DNA of 64,000 nt from an uncultured delta proteobacterium (GCA_963696385.1 CAVOKF010000004.1:704001-768000); one strand, 5' to 3'; numbered from the stretch's first letter, positions 13,039-22,476 are shown. Translations and numbers: made by a program. The notes: a model not told the origin generated them from the letters alone.

Positions 13039-13364
13039 CCGAAAAGCTTCGGAAGCTTCGTGGCGAGCATTTGGTTTCCGGTCACCTTCAGCTTGCCCGA
13101 AAAAAAGAACGGCAGCGCGTTCGCTTCCGGGTTCTCGAGCAACGTCTGGAAATCGTCGTCGCTGATCGTTACGGTACAATCCGCCGGCCCGCTGCCCGGC
13201 TTGCACGAGGGGCCGGAGCTCGTCACGTCCACGTTCCATTCGCCCCCCGTCGGGCCCGTGATGGTCATTTGATACTTGGCGCCGATCGCCTTGGCGTCGT
13301 CCGCGTTCTTCGCGAGCGTGGCGGGCAATTGAACGTTAAATAAATTTCGAATGTCGACAGCCAT
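13029..13364 (-). CDS. SCP2 sterol/lipid-binding domain protein
   Basis: YQMTITGPTGGEW.VD, ADCTVTISDDDF, FFSGKLKVTGNQMLATKL; strong GAGGAGG RBS. Confidence 0.9.
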   Translation of the reverse strand: MAVDIRNLFNVQLPATLAKNADDAKAIGAKYQMTITGPTGGEWNVDVTSSGPSCKPGSGPADCTVTISDDDFQTLLENPEANALPFFFSGKLKVTGNQMLATKLPKLFGYT

Positions 13365-13396
13365 CTGCTTGCCTCCTCGAGCGCGAGCGCGCGCGG

Positions 13397-13425
13397 AGTG
13401 AATCGCGATTCAGCGCCATCGTCAA
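13397..13425 (-). promoter_or_regulatory. Putative sigma70 promoter of SCP2 gene with overlapping 14-bp palindromic operator
   Basis: Minus strand TTGACG-17 bp-TTCACT; perfect palindrome TGAATCGCGATTCA at 13399-13412. Confidence 0.5.
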
Positions 13426-13440
13426 GCGCACGCGCACGCG

Positions 13441-14448
13441 TCAGCTGCTGCCCGACGTTCGGTTCCGTCCCGCGGCTTTGGCGCGGTACAAGCGCTCGTC
13501 CGCGGTGCGGATGAGGATCTCGATCGTCCTCGAGTCGTCGGACAGCTCGTTGAGCGATACGTAGCCCCCGCTGACCGTCGTGCGCAGAACCGACCCTTCC
13601 GCCGCGATCTCGAGCTTTTCGATGGCGGTTCGAATGCGCTCGGCGAACCGGCCGACGTTGTGGTGTTCGATGCCCCGCACGAGTAGGACGAACTCCTCGC
13701 CTCCGAAGCGGGCGAATACGTCTTCGGCCCGAATCATGCGCGCGACTTGGCTCGACACCTCCCGGAGCACCTCGTCGCCCGCCATGTGCCCGTATCGGTC
13801 GTTGATCTGCTTGAAACGATCGATATCGAACATGATGAGCGCAAGCTGCCCCGAGTGGCGTTGAGCGAACGCGAGTTCGCTCGCCATGCGCTCGACGAAA
13901 TACCTTCGATTGTAGGTCCTCGTCAGCGGGTCGCGCATGGCCGACTCGTACAGCTGATGGGTCAACATCTCCGCCTGCGAATCGAGGATGGCGAACGACA
14001 CGCTGACGTTCGGTCCGATGTGGATCCGGTCACCGCTGTTCAACTTGACTCGCGTGACCTTTTTGCCATCGATGAACGTTCCGTTGGTCGATTCCAAATC
14101 TTCGAGCAGGTAGTCGTTCTCGTCGAGGCTCAAGATGCGCGCATGCAGGCGACTCGCGCCCGCGTCGTCCAGACGAACGTGCGCTTCTTTGCCTCGTCCG
14201 AGCAGCGTCTCATGATCTTTTACCGAAAAAGCTCGCCCCGCGCCCGGTCCGGAGATCACCGTCAGGAGTGCGCGCGTGCGCCCCTTCGATTGCTGCGCGG
14301 GCGGTGGCATCGCCAGGGTGTCGGCTAGGCCCGTGCTCGGCTCCTCCTCGTTCCAATCGTGGTGGACTCGAGGGATCGATGGCTGCTCGTCCGCGAACTT
14401 GGGCGCGTGCGGTACGGTCGTGACGTCGCGTTTCTTCTCGTCGGTCAT
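13441..14448 (-). CDS. FHA-domain diguanylate cyclase (GGDEF)
   Basis: FHA (LGRG...SRLHARI...DLESTNGTFIDG); DPLTRTYNRR, FDIDRFKQINDRYGH.AGD, RAED I-site, RFGGEEF; alternative start 14472. Confidence 0.92.
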   Translation of the reverse strand: MTDEKKRDVTTVPHAPKFADEQPSIPRVHHDWNEEEPSTGLADTLAMPPPAQQSKGRTRALLTVISGPGAGRAFSVKDHETLLGRGKEAHVRLDDAGASRLHARILSLDENDYLLEDLESTNGTFIDGKKVTRVKLNSGDRIHIGPNVSVSFAILDSQAEMLTHQLYESAMRDPLTRTYNRRYFVERMASELAFAQRHSGQLALIMFDIDRFKQINDRYGHMAGDEVLREVSSQVARMIRAEDVFARFGGEEFVLLVRGIEHHNVGRFAERIRTAIEKLEIAAEGSVLRTTVSGGYVSLNELSDDSRTIEILIRTADERLYRAKAAGRNRTSGSS

Positions 14449-14533
14449 GGCACGTCCCAGCTGAAGGCCCATCCTACCATTCGACCCTGGACGATGCGTG
14501 CTTGCGCCGCTACAAGCCCCGGTAAGAGCGCCG

Positions 14534-15379
14534 ATGGGACTCCTCGACGGCAAGGTCGCGCTCGTAACCGGCGCCGGTGGAGGAATCGGACGCGCCCACG
14601 CGCTCCTTTTCGCGCGAGAGGGGGCGAGTGTGCTCGTCAACGACGTCGGCGTCGACCGAGACGGATCAGGCACCGACGCGTCCCGCGCCGAACGGGTCGT
14701 GGCGGAGATCCGCGCGGCCGGTGGCGTGGCGGCGGCAAGTCACGATAGCGTCGCGACCCAGGAGGGGGCTGCTGCGATCGTGCGTTCGGCACTCGCGGAG
14801 TTCGGTCGGGTCGACGTGCTCGTGAACAACGCGGGAATCTTGCGCGACAAGAGCTTCTTGAAAATGGACGAGCCGATGTGGGATTCGGTCGTCGCGATTC
14901 ATCTCAAAGGCACATTTCTGTGCTCGCAGTGCTTCGCTCGCCAGATCGTGGCGCAGGGGGGCCGCGGGCGCATCGTCAATACGACCAGCGTGAGCGGGTT
15001 GCTTGGAAATTTCGGCCAAGCCAATTACTCCGCGGCCAAGGCGGGCATCTACGGGCTGACTCGCACGATGTCGATCGAACTGCAAAAGCATCGGATCACC
15101 GTCAATGCCATTGCGCCTATCGCCAAGACGCGCATGACCGAGGATTTGCCGATGTTTCAGGGCATCGACACGCTGACCCCCGAACACGTCGCCCCCTTGG
15201 CGCTCTTTCTCGCGAGCGAATTGTGCTCGGATCGGACGGGACACGTACTGGCCGTCGCAGGCGCACGCGTATACGCCTTCAAGATCGTCGAAACGCCGGG
15301 TCGGTTCAAGGAATCGGACCGTGGCGTCTGGACGGCTCAGGAAATCGCCGACAGCTGGGAGGCGATCGTCAAGGCATGA
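14534..15379 (+). CDS. SDR family oxidoreductase (3-hydroxyacyl-CoA dehydrogenase / MFE-2 N-domain-like)
   Basis: VTGAGGGIGRAHA, VNDVG, NNAGILRD, GNFGQANYSAAKAG. Confidence 0.9.
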   Translation: MGLLDGKVALVTGAGGGIGRAHALLFAREGASVLVNDVGVDRDGSGTDASRAERVVAEIRAAGGVAAASHDSVATQEGAAAIVRSALAEFGRVDVLVNNAGILRDKSFLKMDEPMWDSVVAIHLKGTFLCSQCFARQIVAQGGRGRIVNTTSVSGLLGNFGQANYSAAKAGIYGLTRTMSIELQKHRITVNAIAPIAKTRMTEDLPMFQGIDTLTPEHVAPLALFLASELCSDRTGHVLAVAGARVYAFKIVETPGRFKESDRGVWTAQEIADSWEAIVKA

Positions 15380-15399
15380 GTCCCGGCAAACCGACTTAC

Positions 15400-15570
15400 T
15401 ACAGCGCCCCGTTGAACGGTACCCGAGCGTTCTGGGTATGCCTGCTTTGCAGGCTGGCGCTGTACTAAGATGATTTCCTTGGGGCTTTGCCCCAAACCAC
15501 CCATGGCCTCCTGGCGATTGAAGTACACCGCCCAGCGGATCCCTTTGTTCTGCGGCGGTGCACTTACGCC
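15400..15570. repeat. Palindromic intergenic element (MITE/REP-like or structured RNA)
   Basis: TACAGCGCC(15400-08)/GGCGCTGTA(15456-64) enclosing three hairpins; TTGGGGC-TTT-GCCCCAA (15479-95); AAGTACACCGCC/GGCGGTGCACTT (15521-65). Confidence 0.55.
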
Positions 15571-15630
15571 CTGTCCGGTCCGCCGGCGCGCGGCGCGGCG
15601 ACCGGATCGCGTGCTAGCGTGGGCGCTTCG

Positions 15631-16281
15631 ATGCTCGATGCTCGCGCCCTGCTGACCGCCACCGTCGACTACGTACGAAAAAATCCAGACGAGCTCGTAC
15701 GCGCGGCCGTCAATGCTGCCGGGTTGCGTTTTGGTGTTCCCCTCGCGGCACTTCGCTGGCTCAGCTCTCAGGCCAAGCTTCCGCGCAAGGCTCCGAGAGA
15801 CATCGACATCGGCAGCGCCCCGCCCGCCTTGCGCGTCACTCTATCCGTCGACGCGATGGGCACTCCGGTTCGTGCGAGTGCGGCCGTTCGCGTGGACGAG
15901 ATCGACCTGTCGTCGGACGCGATGCGCATCGGAGTGCGCTTGAGTGACGTGCGCCTCGCCCTGATTGGCGACAGCGACACGCCCGTTGCGACGCTCATCA
16001 AATCCGGTGCGCTCGATCTGTCGAAACCCGGCAATCTGGTCAAATTTTTGCCTAAACGCCCGCCCTCGGTCGTCGAAGCGGACGGAGACCGAATCGTCAT
16101 CGACCTGCTGAAGCTCCCCACGTTCGCAAGCAACACGCGACTGAGGCAAGCCCTTGCCATCTTCACTCCGGTCGTGAACGTGCGTGCGGTGGAGACGGAT
16201 CGCGATCACCTTTACATTGCGCTCCGCGCGAGCCCGAGGGGCTTGGGCAAAGCCATTGCGGCCCTGCGGGGCCGCAGCTGA
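15631..16281 (+). CDS. Hypothetical protein
   Basis: ORF with GC-rich third codon positions starting MLDARALL; no recognisable motif. Confidence 0.7.
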   Translation: MLDARALLTATVDYVRKNPDELVRAAVNAAGLRFGVPLAALRWLSSQAKLPRKAPRDIDIGSAPPALRVTLSVDAMGTPVRASAAVRVDEIDLSSDAMRIGVRLSDVRLALIGDSDTPVATLIKSGALDLSKPGNLVKFLPKRPPSVVEADGDRIVIDLLKLPTFASNTRLRQALAIFTPVVNVRAVETDRDHLYIALRASPRGLGKAIAALRGRS

Positions 16282-16417
16282 TCGCTTACCAAGGACGCTC
16301 GGCAGGACGGTGCACGGCAGGGGTTTGCCCCCGATCATCACCTTGCCGATGGGCCGTGGCAAGCGGGGCGATCTTCGCGGCGCGTGTGCTAAAAGTGACG
16401 CTCGCGGGCAACGAGCA

Positions 16418-16491
16418 CGGGGAGTCGCACAGTCCGGTAGTGCACGAGCTTTGGGTGCTCGTCGTCGCGGGTTCAAATCCCGCCTCCCCGA
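16418..16491 (+). tRNA. tRNA-Pro (anticodon TGG)
   Basis: Acceptor stem CGGGGAG/CTCCCCG, D loop AGTCCGGTAG, anticodon arm CGAGC-TTTGGGT-GCTCG, T arm GCGGG-TTCAAAT-CCCGC; CCA not encoded. Confidence 0.96.
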
Positions 16492-17268
16492 CAAGGGTAA
16501 AAAGTTTAGCGCTATTCTCTACTTTGCGGATCCAAGGGATCACGGCGCAGGCGCCGAGACATCGACCGCCTGAAGGGCGCTCGGTGCGGGGCAACCTCCG
16601 GCGTGCGCCCCCCGGCGGGTCGTCGACGTCGAGGTCCTGTCGGCGACCTCGCGTTCCAGTCGCCTTCGGGATTGCCCACGAGGGTCCTTCGCAGTGCGCC
16701 GACTCGCCCGTGGCCAGCGCGTGCCGACGCAAGCAGGGAGCCCTCTAATACAAATGAAAAATCGTTAATCTCGGACTTGCCGCTCGCGACTCGGCACCGT
16801 TCAATCCGCTTGGGCGCGGCAGCCAAGAGCGGCGCGCACCACGGTATCCGTCGGATGACGTCGCTGCAGAACGAATACGCCCGGGGCCTACCGAGTCATC
16901 GCCGGATGCATCGTGCGCATGGCCGGCGGCGTGTTCCCGCAACGTGATCGAAAAAAGTTTTCACTCTCCGATGCAGGGAAGGCAAACGCCTACATCGAGC
17001 AACGGTCGGCGGTCGGGCATGACGTTCTGCAGCCCGGAACTGGCTCGTACGGGTCGAATACCGCCTTGTACAACCCGCACTTGGCGCAATGCCAGCCCGC
17101 CGCGAGGCGGGTGTCGCGCATCGATCCACGGCGGCGGGTGAATGGGCACGAACGACCGTGAATGACGACGAGCGACAGCCCCCGACCGCGTTCCGAGGTC
17201 CCACCGATTTTTTTACCAAAAGTTCTGCATCGCCTTGGCGATTCATTTGTGTATAGTCGTTTACCCCA

Positions 17269-17673
17269 ATGGCTGACTCACTTCGTTCTCAACTCGCCGA
17301 CCTCGCTGATTCATTCGCCACTGCGGTTCTCAGCGCCATTCGTTCGGCGTCACTCGATGAACTTCTGGCGGAAAGCGGGGGTCCGCGCCGCGGGGCATCC
17401 CGTGCCGTCGGCGCCGTGCGCGCGGCCCCGCGATCCTCCCGAGGCTCATCGTCCGGCCGCCTTCCGCGGCGGTCGGCCGACGACATTGCCCAGGTACTCG
17501 ATTCGGTGACGTCGCTCGTCAAAAAGCACAAGGAGGGGCTGCGCGCGGAGCAGATTCGCGAGGAGCTCGGGCTTCAAGCGAAGGAACTGCCCCGCGTCCT
17601 CAAAGAGGGACTTTCTTCGCGAAAGCTGAAGAGCAAGGGCCAGAAGCGCGCGACTACGTATTTCGCGTCCTGA
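17269..17673 (+). CDS. Basic DNA-binding protein (N-terminal helices, Arg-rich linker, C-terminal winged-HTH-like)
   Basis: GLRAEQIREELGLQAKELPRVLKEGL...KSKGQKRATTYF; preceded by AT-rich region with TATAGT. Confidence 0.75.
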   Translation: MADSLRSQLADLADSFATAVLSAIRSASLDELLAESGGPRRGASRAVGAVRAAPRSSRGSSSGRLPRRSADDIAQVLDSVTSLVKKHKEGLRAEQIREELGLQAKELPRVLKEGLSSRKLKSKGQKRATTYFAS

Positions 17674-17846
17674 CCGGATCGCGAACCCCCCCCGATCCGC
17701 TAATGCGCTTCGATCGTTGCGGTCGGGGCTGGTTGCCCCGAGCATCGAGCGGAAGCGATATCCAACGAATACGGGTGCACCCCGAGGGGTGCCCGGTGAG
17801 GGCACACGGGGGCGTTTGGGGCGGGCACGGGCGAGTGGGTCAGCCA

Positions 17847-19343
17847 TCATCTGCCGAGATATTCGTCGAGTGCGGCGAGATCGATCTCGTAGATCGAAGC
17901 GCCGTTGATCGGCGACCAAAAGATCCGCCGGAGCATTCGCGGATGCGTCTCGGCAAACCGCATCATCTTGTGCGTCCGGTGCATCGCCACGAGGCGTACG
18001 CCGCGATCCCAGAACCGGCGCAAGATGGCCGCAGTGTCCGGCGACGTGTCGGCGCGGTCGTGAATCTCCCAGATGTCGTGGAACACTTCGGGATACGGAT
18101 AGAGGAAGTAGCGGCTGAGTCCCTGCACGCAAACGACTCGATCGTACTGCCAGCGCAGCATGCAATAGTCCGCTTCGGCTACGTTTAGAATGGGACGATC
18201 GGCGTTCGCCTCGAGGATTTCGCGTGCGCCTTGGTATTGCCGCGTCGGCAGGTGAGTGGCCAGGATCGATAGCGTGGCGCGCCCGTGCAGAACGAGCGCG
18301 GGCACCAGCAAGGCCGACGCCAGGACGGTCAACGGGCACGACGGAGCTCGGCGTGGCGCGAGCACCGCTAGAAGGGCGAACGCGATGGGAACGGAGTACT
18401 CGCGCGTGCGCATGGCCTGCGCCGTCAGCGCGATGCCCGTCAGCGCCATGCCGGACAGCACGATCGCGTCGGACCCCAGCCGGGCCGGGGCGACGCGTGC
18501 ACGCCACGCGACGAGCGCCACGGACGCGATGACGGCGATGAGCAGAAGCAGCCACTCCGGGTGAGACAGGAGCACTGCGGGCGGGAAGCCATGAAACTCC
18601 GCGATCTCCTGATCGTCATAGAGATGGGCCGTGTCGCGCCCCATCTCGCCGATGTGCAGAGCTGCAAAGCGCCATGTCGTCCCCCGTGCGTCCATGTACG
18701 GGTTGACCGTGAGGCCGAGCGCCAGTCCTGCAGCCGTCACGGCAGGGTCGACGAGGAGCCTCCGACCTTCTGAGAAACGCAGCAGGGCCAGAGCGGCGAC
18801 GCCGCCGATGTGGAAAGGGAGCAGGACGAGGCCGCCCTGGTAACTGATCATGGCGATGTAGCCGATCGCCAGAAGGCTCGAGCGGCGCCGAAGGACGCGA
18901 GGCTCGAAAAAGGCGACCTGGGTCATCGCGAAGAGCAGAGGCACGACGAGTTGACCGCCTCGCAGCTGCAGGAATCGCCAGTCCTGCGTCGAGAACAGCA
19001 TGGGCGCTACGGCCCAGATCCACCCGTAGGCCACACCTCTCGCCCTCACGAAGAGGTACATCGCGGCGCAGACGCCCGCGAAAAGGGTTGCCGTGGCGAT
19101 CTTCATGCCCAGCTCGGCGTCGCGGACGAGGCCGAATGGTGCGAGCAGAATGTGATATCCCCAGTAGTGATCGACCGGCAGCTCCCGGAGGATCGTGAAC
19201 GGCAGGCTCCGCGCGGCGTCGGGTACCCATGGGCCACGCGCGATCTCGCGCGCAACCGCAAAGTGATAATGGTTGTCGGCGGACGCGGGGTAGCCCGGAC
19301 GCAGGGTCAGCAACGTGGCCGCGTACGCGGCGCTCAGCAACAC
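17847..19343 (-). CDS. Multi-pass membrane protein, GT-C glycosyltransferase-like (start uncertain)
   Basis: TM1 followed by ADNHYHF loop, many hydrophobic segments, soluble C-terminal domain; the 795-aa track ORF extends out of frame into the upstream permease. Confidence 0.6.
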   Translation of the reverse strand: MLLSAAYAATLLTLRPGYPASADNHYHFAVAREIARGPWVPDAARSLPFTILRELPVDHYWGYHILLAPFGLVRDAELGMKIATATLFAGVCAAMYLFVRARGVAYGWIWAVAPMLFSTQDWRFLQLRGGQLVVPLLFAMTQVAFFEPRVLRRRSSLLAIGYIAMISYQGGLVLLPFHIGGVAALALLRFSEGRRLLVDPAVTAAGLALGLTVNPYMDARGTTWRFAALHIGEMGRDTAHLYDDQEIAEFHGFPPAVLLSHPEWLLLLIAVIASVALVAWRARVAPARLGSDAIVLSGMALTGIALTAQAMRTREYSVPIAFALLAVLAPRRAPSCPLTVLASALLVPALVLHGRATLSILATHLPTRQYQGAREILEANADRPILNVAEADYCMLRWQYDRVVCVQGLSRYFLYPYPEVFHDIWEIHDRADTSPDTAAILRRFWDRGVRLVAMHRTHKMMRFAETHPRMLRRIFWSPINGASIYEIDLAALDEYLGR

Positions 19344-19389
19344 GACGCCACATGTGCCGATTGCCGTGGATCGTTTCTGGGGCGGTGTA

Positions 19390-20700
19390 CTAGGGACCGT
19401 GGGCGACCCCTCGAGCCCCGGCGAGGCGATAGAGGATGGGTCCGAGGGCGACCAGGACTGCGCCGATGGCCAGCGAGGGGATAAATCCCACACGCTCATC
19501 CATGCACGCCCAGGATGCGACGGCAACAATCGCCGCCGGCGGAATCCCAAGAAGCGTGGCTGCGATCGTGCCGCCGGGAACTCGAAACGGCCGAACCAGC
19601 CCGGGCTCGCGGACGCGCAATACGACGAGCGCGACGAACTCGAGAAGCAAGCTCGCTCCGTAAAGGACCACGTCGAGTGCGACCAGGTGACTGAACCCAA
19701 TGCCAAGGCACGCGGCGTATGCGACCGAGCAGGCGACGATGGATGCCCATGGCGCGCGGTTTCCCCGCGCCCGACGCGCCGACCACCGAGGCAGATGGCC
19801 GTCGTCTGCCAGGGCCGCCGGAACACGCGAGTACGAAAGGAGCAAAGCGTTGAACATGCCGAGACCGCAAAGCATGCCGCCGGCGGCGACCCCCACCGCC
19901 ATGACGTTGCCTCCGACCTGACGGGCGGCGTCCACCCACGATCCGGTGGTCCAGCTGCCCGGGTCGACTCCTGCGAAACGCATCGCGAAGACCGGCAGCA
20001 CGTACGTGAACGTAACGAGTGTGACGGTTGCGATGACCGCTCGCGGGTACGTGCTCTCCGGCCGGTGGACCTCGGCGGCAATCGTCGAGGCGTTGTCCCA
20101 CCCCATATAGTTCCACATGGCGACGAGCACGCCGTCGAGGAGATTGGGCGTCCGCGCCGCGTGGACGACTGGCCCACCGGCCGTGCCGGCGCCGCGCGCG
20201 AGTGCGAATGCGACGAGCGCAGCGAAAGGCGCAAGCAGCAGGCCGCCCAGGGCGATCGAGCCGCGCCCGACGCTCGCTGCCCCTCGGATGTTCCACACCC
20301 CGCTTGCCGCGATCACGAGCGCCGCCGCGGCGATGCTCGCGCGGCCATGCGACCAGGAAGGCACCAGTCGCCCGAGGTACAGAGCGAAAAGTGTCGGGTA
20401 AATGGCCATGTCGAAGACGCTCGCAACCAACGAGAGCCAGGCCTCCTGAAATCCCCAAAACGGGCCGAGGGCCCGACGCACCCACGCGTAGTAGCCGCCC
20501 TCGTCCGGGATCGCGCTGGCCAGCTCGCCGACCATGAGGGCGGTCGGTACGCTCCATACCCAGGGCGTTACGACGAGCGCGAGCAGTGCGGTGCCGTAGC
20601 CGTGCCTTACGAGCTCTTCCAGGCCGTAGGGTCCGCCCGAGACCATGAAGTACGTCGACGCCACGAGCGGCCAGAAGCCCAGCTTGGCTCTTGCCCGCAT
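19390..20700 (-). CDS. APC family amino acid/polyamine permease
   Basis: YFMVSGGPYGLEE, ELASAIPDEGGYYAWV, WNYMGWDNASTIAAEV, LRVREPGLVRPFRVPGG. Confidence 0.92.
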   Translation of the reverse strand: MRARAKLGFWPLVASTYFMVSGGPYGLEELVRHGYGTALLALVVTPWVWSVPTALMVGELASAIPDEGGYYAWVRRALGPFWGFQEAWLSLVASVFDMAIYPTLFALYLGRLVPSWSHGRASIAAAALVIAASGVWNIRGAASVGRGSIALGGLLLAPFAALVAFALARGAGTAGGPVVHAARTPNLLDGVLVAMWNYMGWDNASTIAAEVHRPESTYPRAVIATVTLVTFTYVLPVFAMRFAGVDPGSWTTGSWVDAARQVGGNVMAVGVAAGGMLCGLGMFNALLLSYSRVPAALADDGHLPRWSARRARGNRAPWASIVACSVAYAACLGIGFSHLVALDVVLYGASLLLEFVALVVLRVREPGLVRPFRVPGGTIAATLLGIPPAAIVAVASWACMDERVGFIPSLAIGAVLVALGPILYRLAGARGVAHGP

Positions 20701-20756
20701 TCCGATCGTCCGGAGCCCGTGTGGTCGCCCGCTGGGTTTCGTTGCAGGGCGTTCGG

Positions 20757-20972
20757 TTAGTCCTCGTCGACGACGACCATCTTTTGCAATTCGAGCAAGC
20801 CCGTCCGCGCACTTTTCAGCCTCGAGAATGCGTCTTCCGCAGGCTTGGTGATCGTCGTTTTCTCGGCCCGCGGTGCCACACGGGTGCGACGAAGGATCTC
20901 GGCGAGGGCTCTCTCGGCGACCTCGACCTCTTCGATGGCGCTCGCCAGCCTCTGCGCGAACATCCTCTTCAT
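20757..20972 (-). CDS. Small helical hypothetical protein
   Basis: 71-aa ORF with helical-hairpin/coiled-coil pattern, co-directional with permease. Confidence 0.6.
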   Translation of the reverse strand: MKRMFAQRLASAIEEVEVAERALAEILRRTRVAPRAEKTTITKPAEDAFSRLKSARTGLLELQKMVVVDED

Positions 20973-21496
20973 GGGGCGTCATCGTAGCGCGCCGTCGCCC
21001 GTCCGTGCCTATCCGCAAGTCGCGCGAATAAATAAAGTGCAATGGTTCTTGCGGGATGGGTCACTAGCAAGCCGCGGGAGCGACGTTGGGGGGACCGGAC
21101 ACAGCCCGGAAAAAAAGGCAAACGAGGCTAAATAAGACGCTGAGCCAGGCGAGGGGTCCATTCCGCATCGCGGTAAGAGCGCCCCACCCCCCCCCCGGAT
21201 GTGCGATCCGGGCGATGCGCGAGCGATGCGCGACCGAATTCGATCTCCCCGGCGGCGACGAGCTTGCGTCGACTCGCATGAGCGCGTACCTTTCCGCTTC
21301 GCTCACGAACGTTACCTGGCTCACCACGCTCTCTCGACTCTGGGATCGCGACTGGCCGCCTCATGACGCAACGTGGAACCGTCGCGGGTGTTCCGCTGCG
21401 GCTGTCCCTCCGATCCCGGCAGCTCAATTGGATGGCAGGCTTTCGGCGCCCAGAAAGGGGCGCCTTCGACGAGCTGTCGAGAGACAAGTGACCATC

Positions 21497-21856
21497 ATGG
21501 GAAATCGACTGTATGTGGGCAACCTTCCGTTCAGCGCGACCACCGAGACGCTTCGCGAAGCCTTTGCGCCGTCCGGCGACGTCGCCGACGTGCATATCGT
21601 AACCGATCGAGAGAGTGGCCAGTCGCGCGGCTTTGCGTTCGTGACGATGGGCAATGCTCACGAGGCCGCGAAGGCTATCGCGGCGATGAACGGCGCGATG
21701 CTGGAAGGGCGCGCGTTGCGCGTCAACGAGGCGGAAGATCGACCGCAGCGTAGCGGCGGCGGTGGCGGCGGCGGCTTCGGTGGGCGCGGCGGTGGCGGCG
21801 GTGGCGGTGGTGGCGGCCAAGGCGGAGGCAACTCCGGTCGGCGCAACAAGTGGTAA
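21497..21856 (+). CDS. RRM RNA-binding protein with Gly-rich tail
   Basis: RNP2 LYVGNL, RNP1 RGFAFVTM, LRVNEA, poly-Gly C-terminus. Confidence 0.95.
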   Translation: MGNRLYVGNLPFSATTETLREAFAPSGDVADVHIVTDRESGQSRGFAFVTMGNAHEAAKAIAAMNGAMLEGRALRVNEAEDRPQRSGGGGGGGFGGRGGGGGGGGGGQGGGNSGRRNKW

Positions 21857-22089
21857 TCAGGGCTTTGCCCTAGTGCGTCGCGTCCGCGGCGCCTCGCCCC
21901 AGCGAGTCAGAGCTGCGACCGGCGCGGTCCGCGGCCGGAGGATACGGAGCGAAAACCATCGACGGGCGGCCGGCCGCCCGTCGCCTTTAGGGCGTTTCAA
22001 GCGCTCCGAGCCCCCGTTTCAGGCGATCCCAGTCCCCGAAGGGCCTGGTGGTGGTACGATGCCGCGTTCGGCGCGCGAAACGATCTGAC

Positions 22090-22422
22090 ATGATGGCCAA
22101 GGACAAGCCGCGACCGCTCGTGCGGATCACCAACCAGTTTCGAAAGCGACAGGCGATGGTCTACGACCTCACCTGCGATGAGGTGCGCCTCACCATCGAG
22201 GTAACGGCGCGAGACAACGAAGACGGTCTGGGCGAGTGGAGCGTCGGCGCTCACGCGCGGCAATCGCCGGAGAAACCGACCATCGACGAGCCAGGCACGA
22301 CGCGCAGCGATGCCCTCCGGGCGGTTGCCCGAGCATGGGCAGCAAAGCAAGGTGGCTTTGGCTTTCCGGCTCTCGACTGGGACGCGGTCGCCGAGGCGTT
22401 GCTCGCGGTGCGCGCGATCTGA
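22090..22422 (+). CDS. Hypothetical protein
   Basis: 110-aa ORF ending LDWDAVAEALLAVRAI; plausible codon usage. Confidence 0.65.
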   Translation: MMAKDKPRPLVRITNQFRKRQAMVYDLTCDEVRLTIEVTARDNEDGLGEWSVGAHARQSPEKPTIDEPGTTRSDALRAVARAWAAKQGGFGFPALDWDAVAEALLAVRAI

Positions 22423-22476
22423 ACCGGTCCGTTGGCGGCGCGCAGACCGGTCGTGGCGCGTCCAAGTCCGGGTGCG

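Noticed and set aside
15400..15464. Second tRNA
   Set aside because: Cloverleaf-like but lacks D-loop GG, 7-nt anticodon loop and TTCRA T-loop
19344..20234. N-terminal 300 aa of the 795-aa track ORF
   Set aside because: Out-of-frame overlap with the APC permease; only the C-terminal ~500 aa look like real protein
21750..21830. GGC/GGT microsatellite as contingency locus
   Set aside because: Encodes the ordinary poly-Gly tail of the RRM protein; triplet changes would not shift frame
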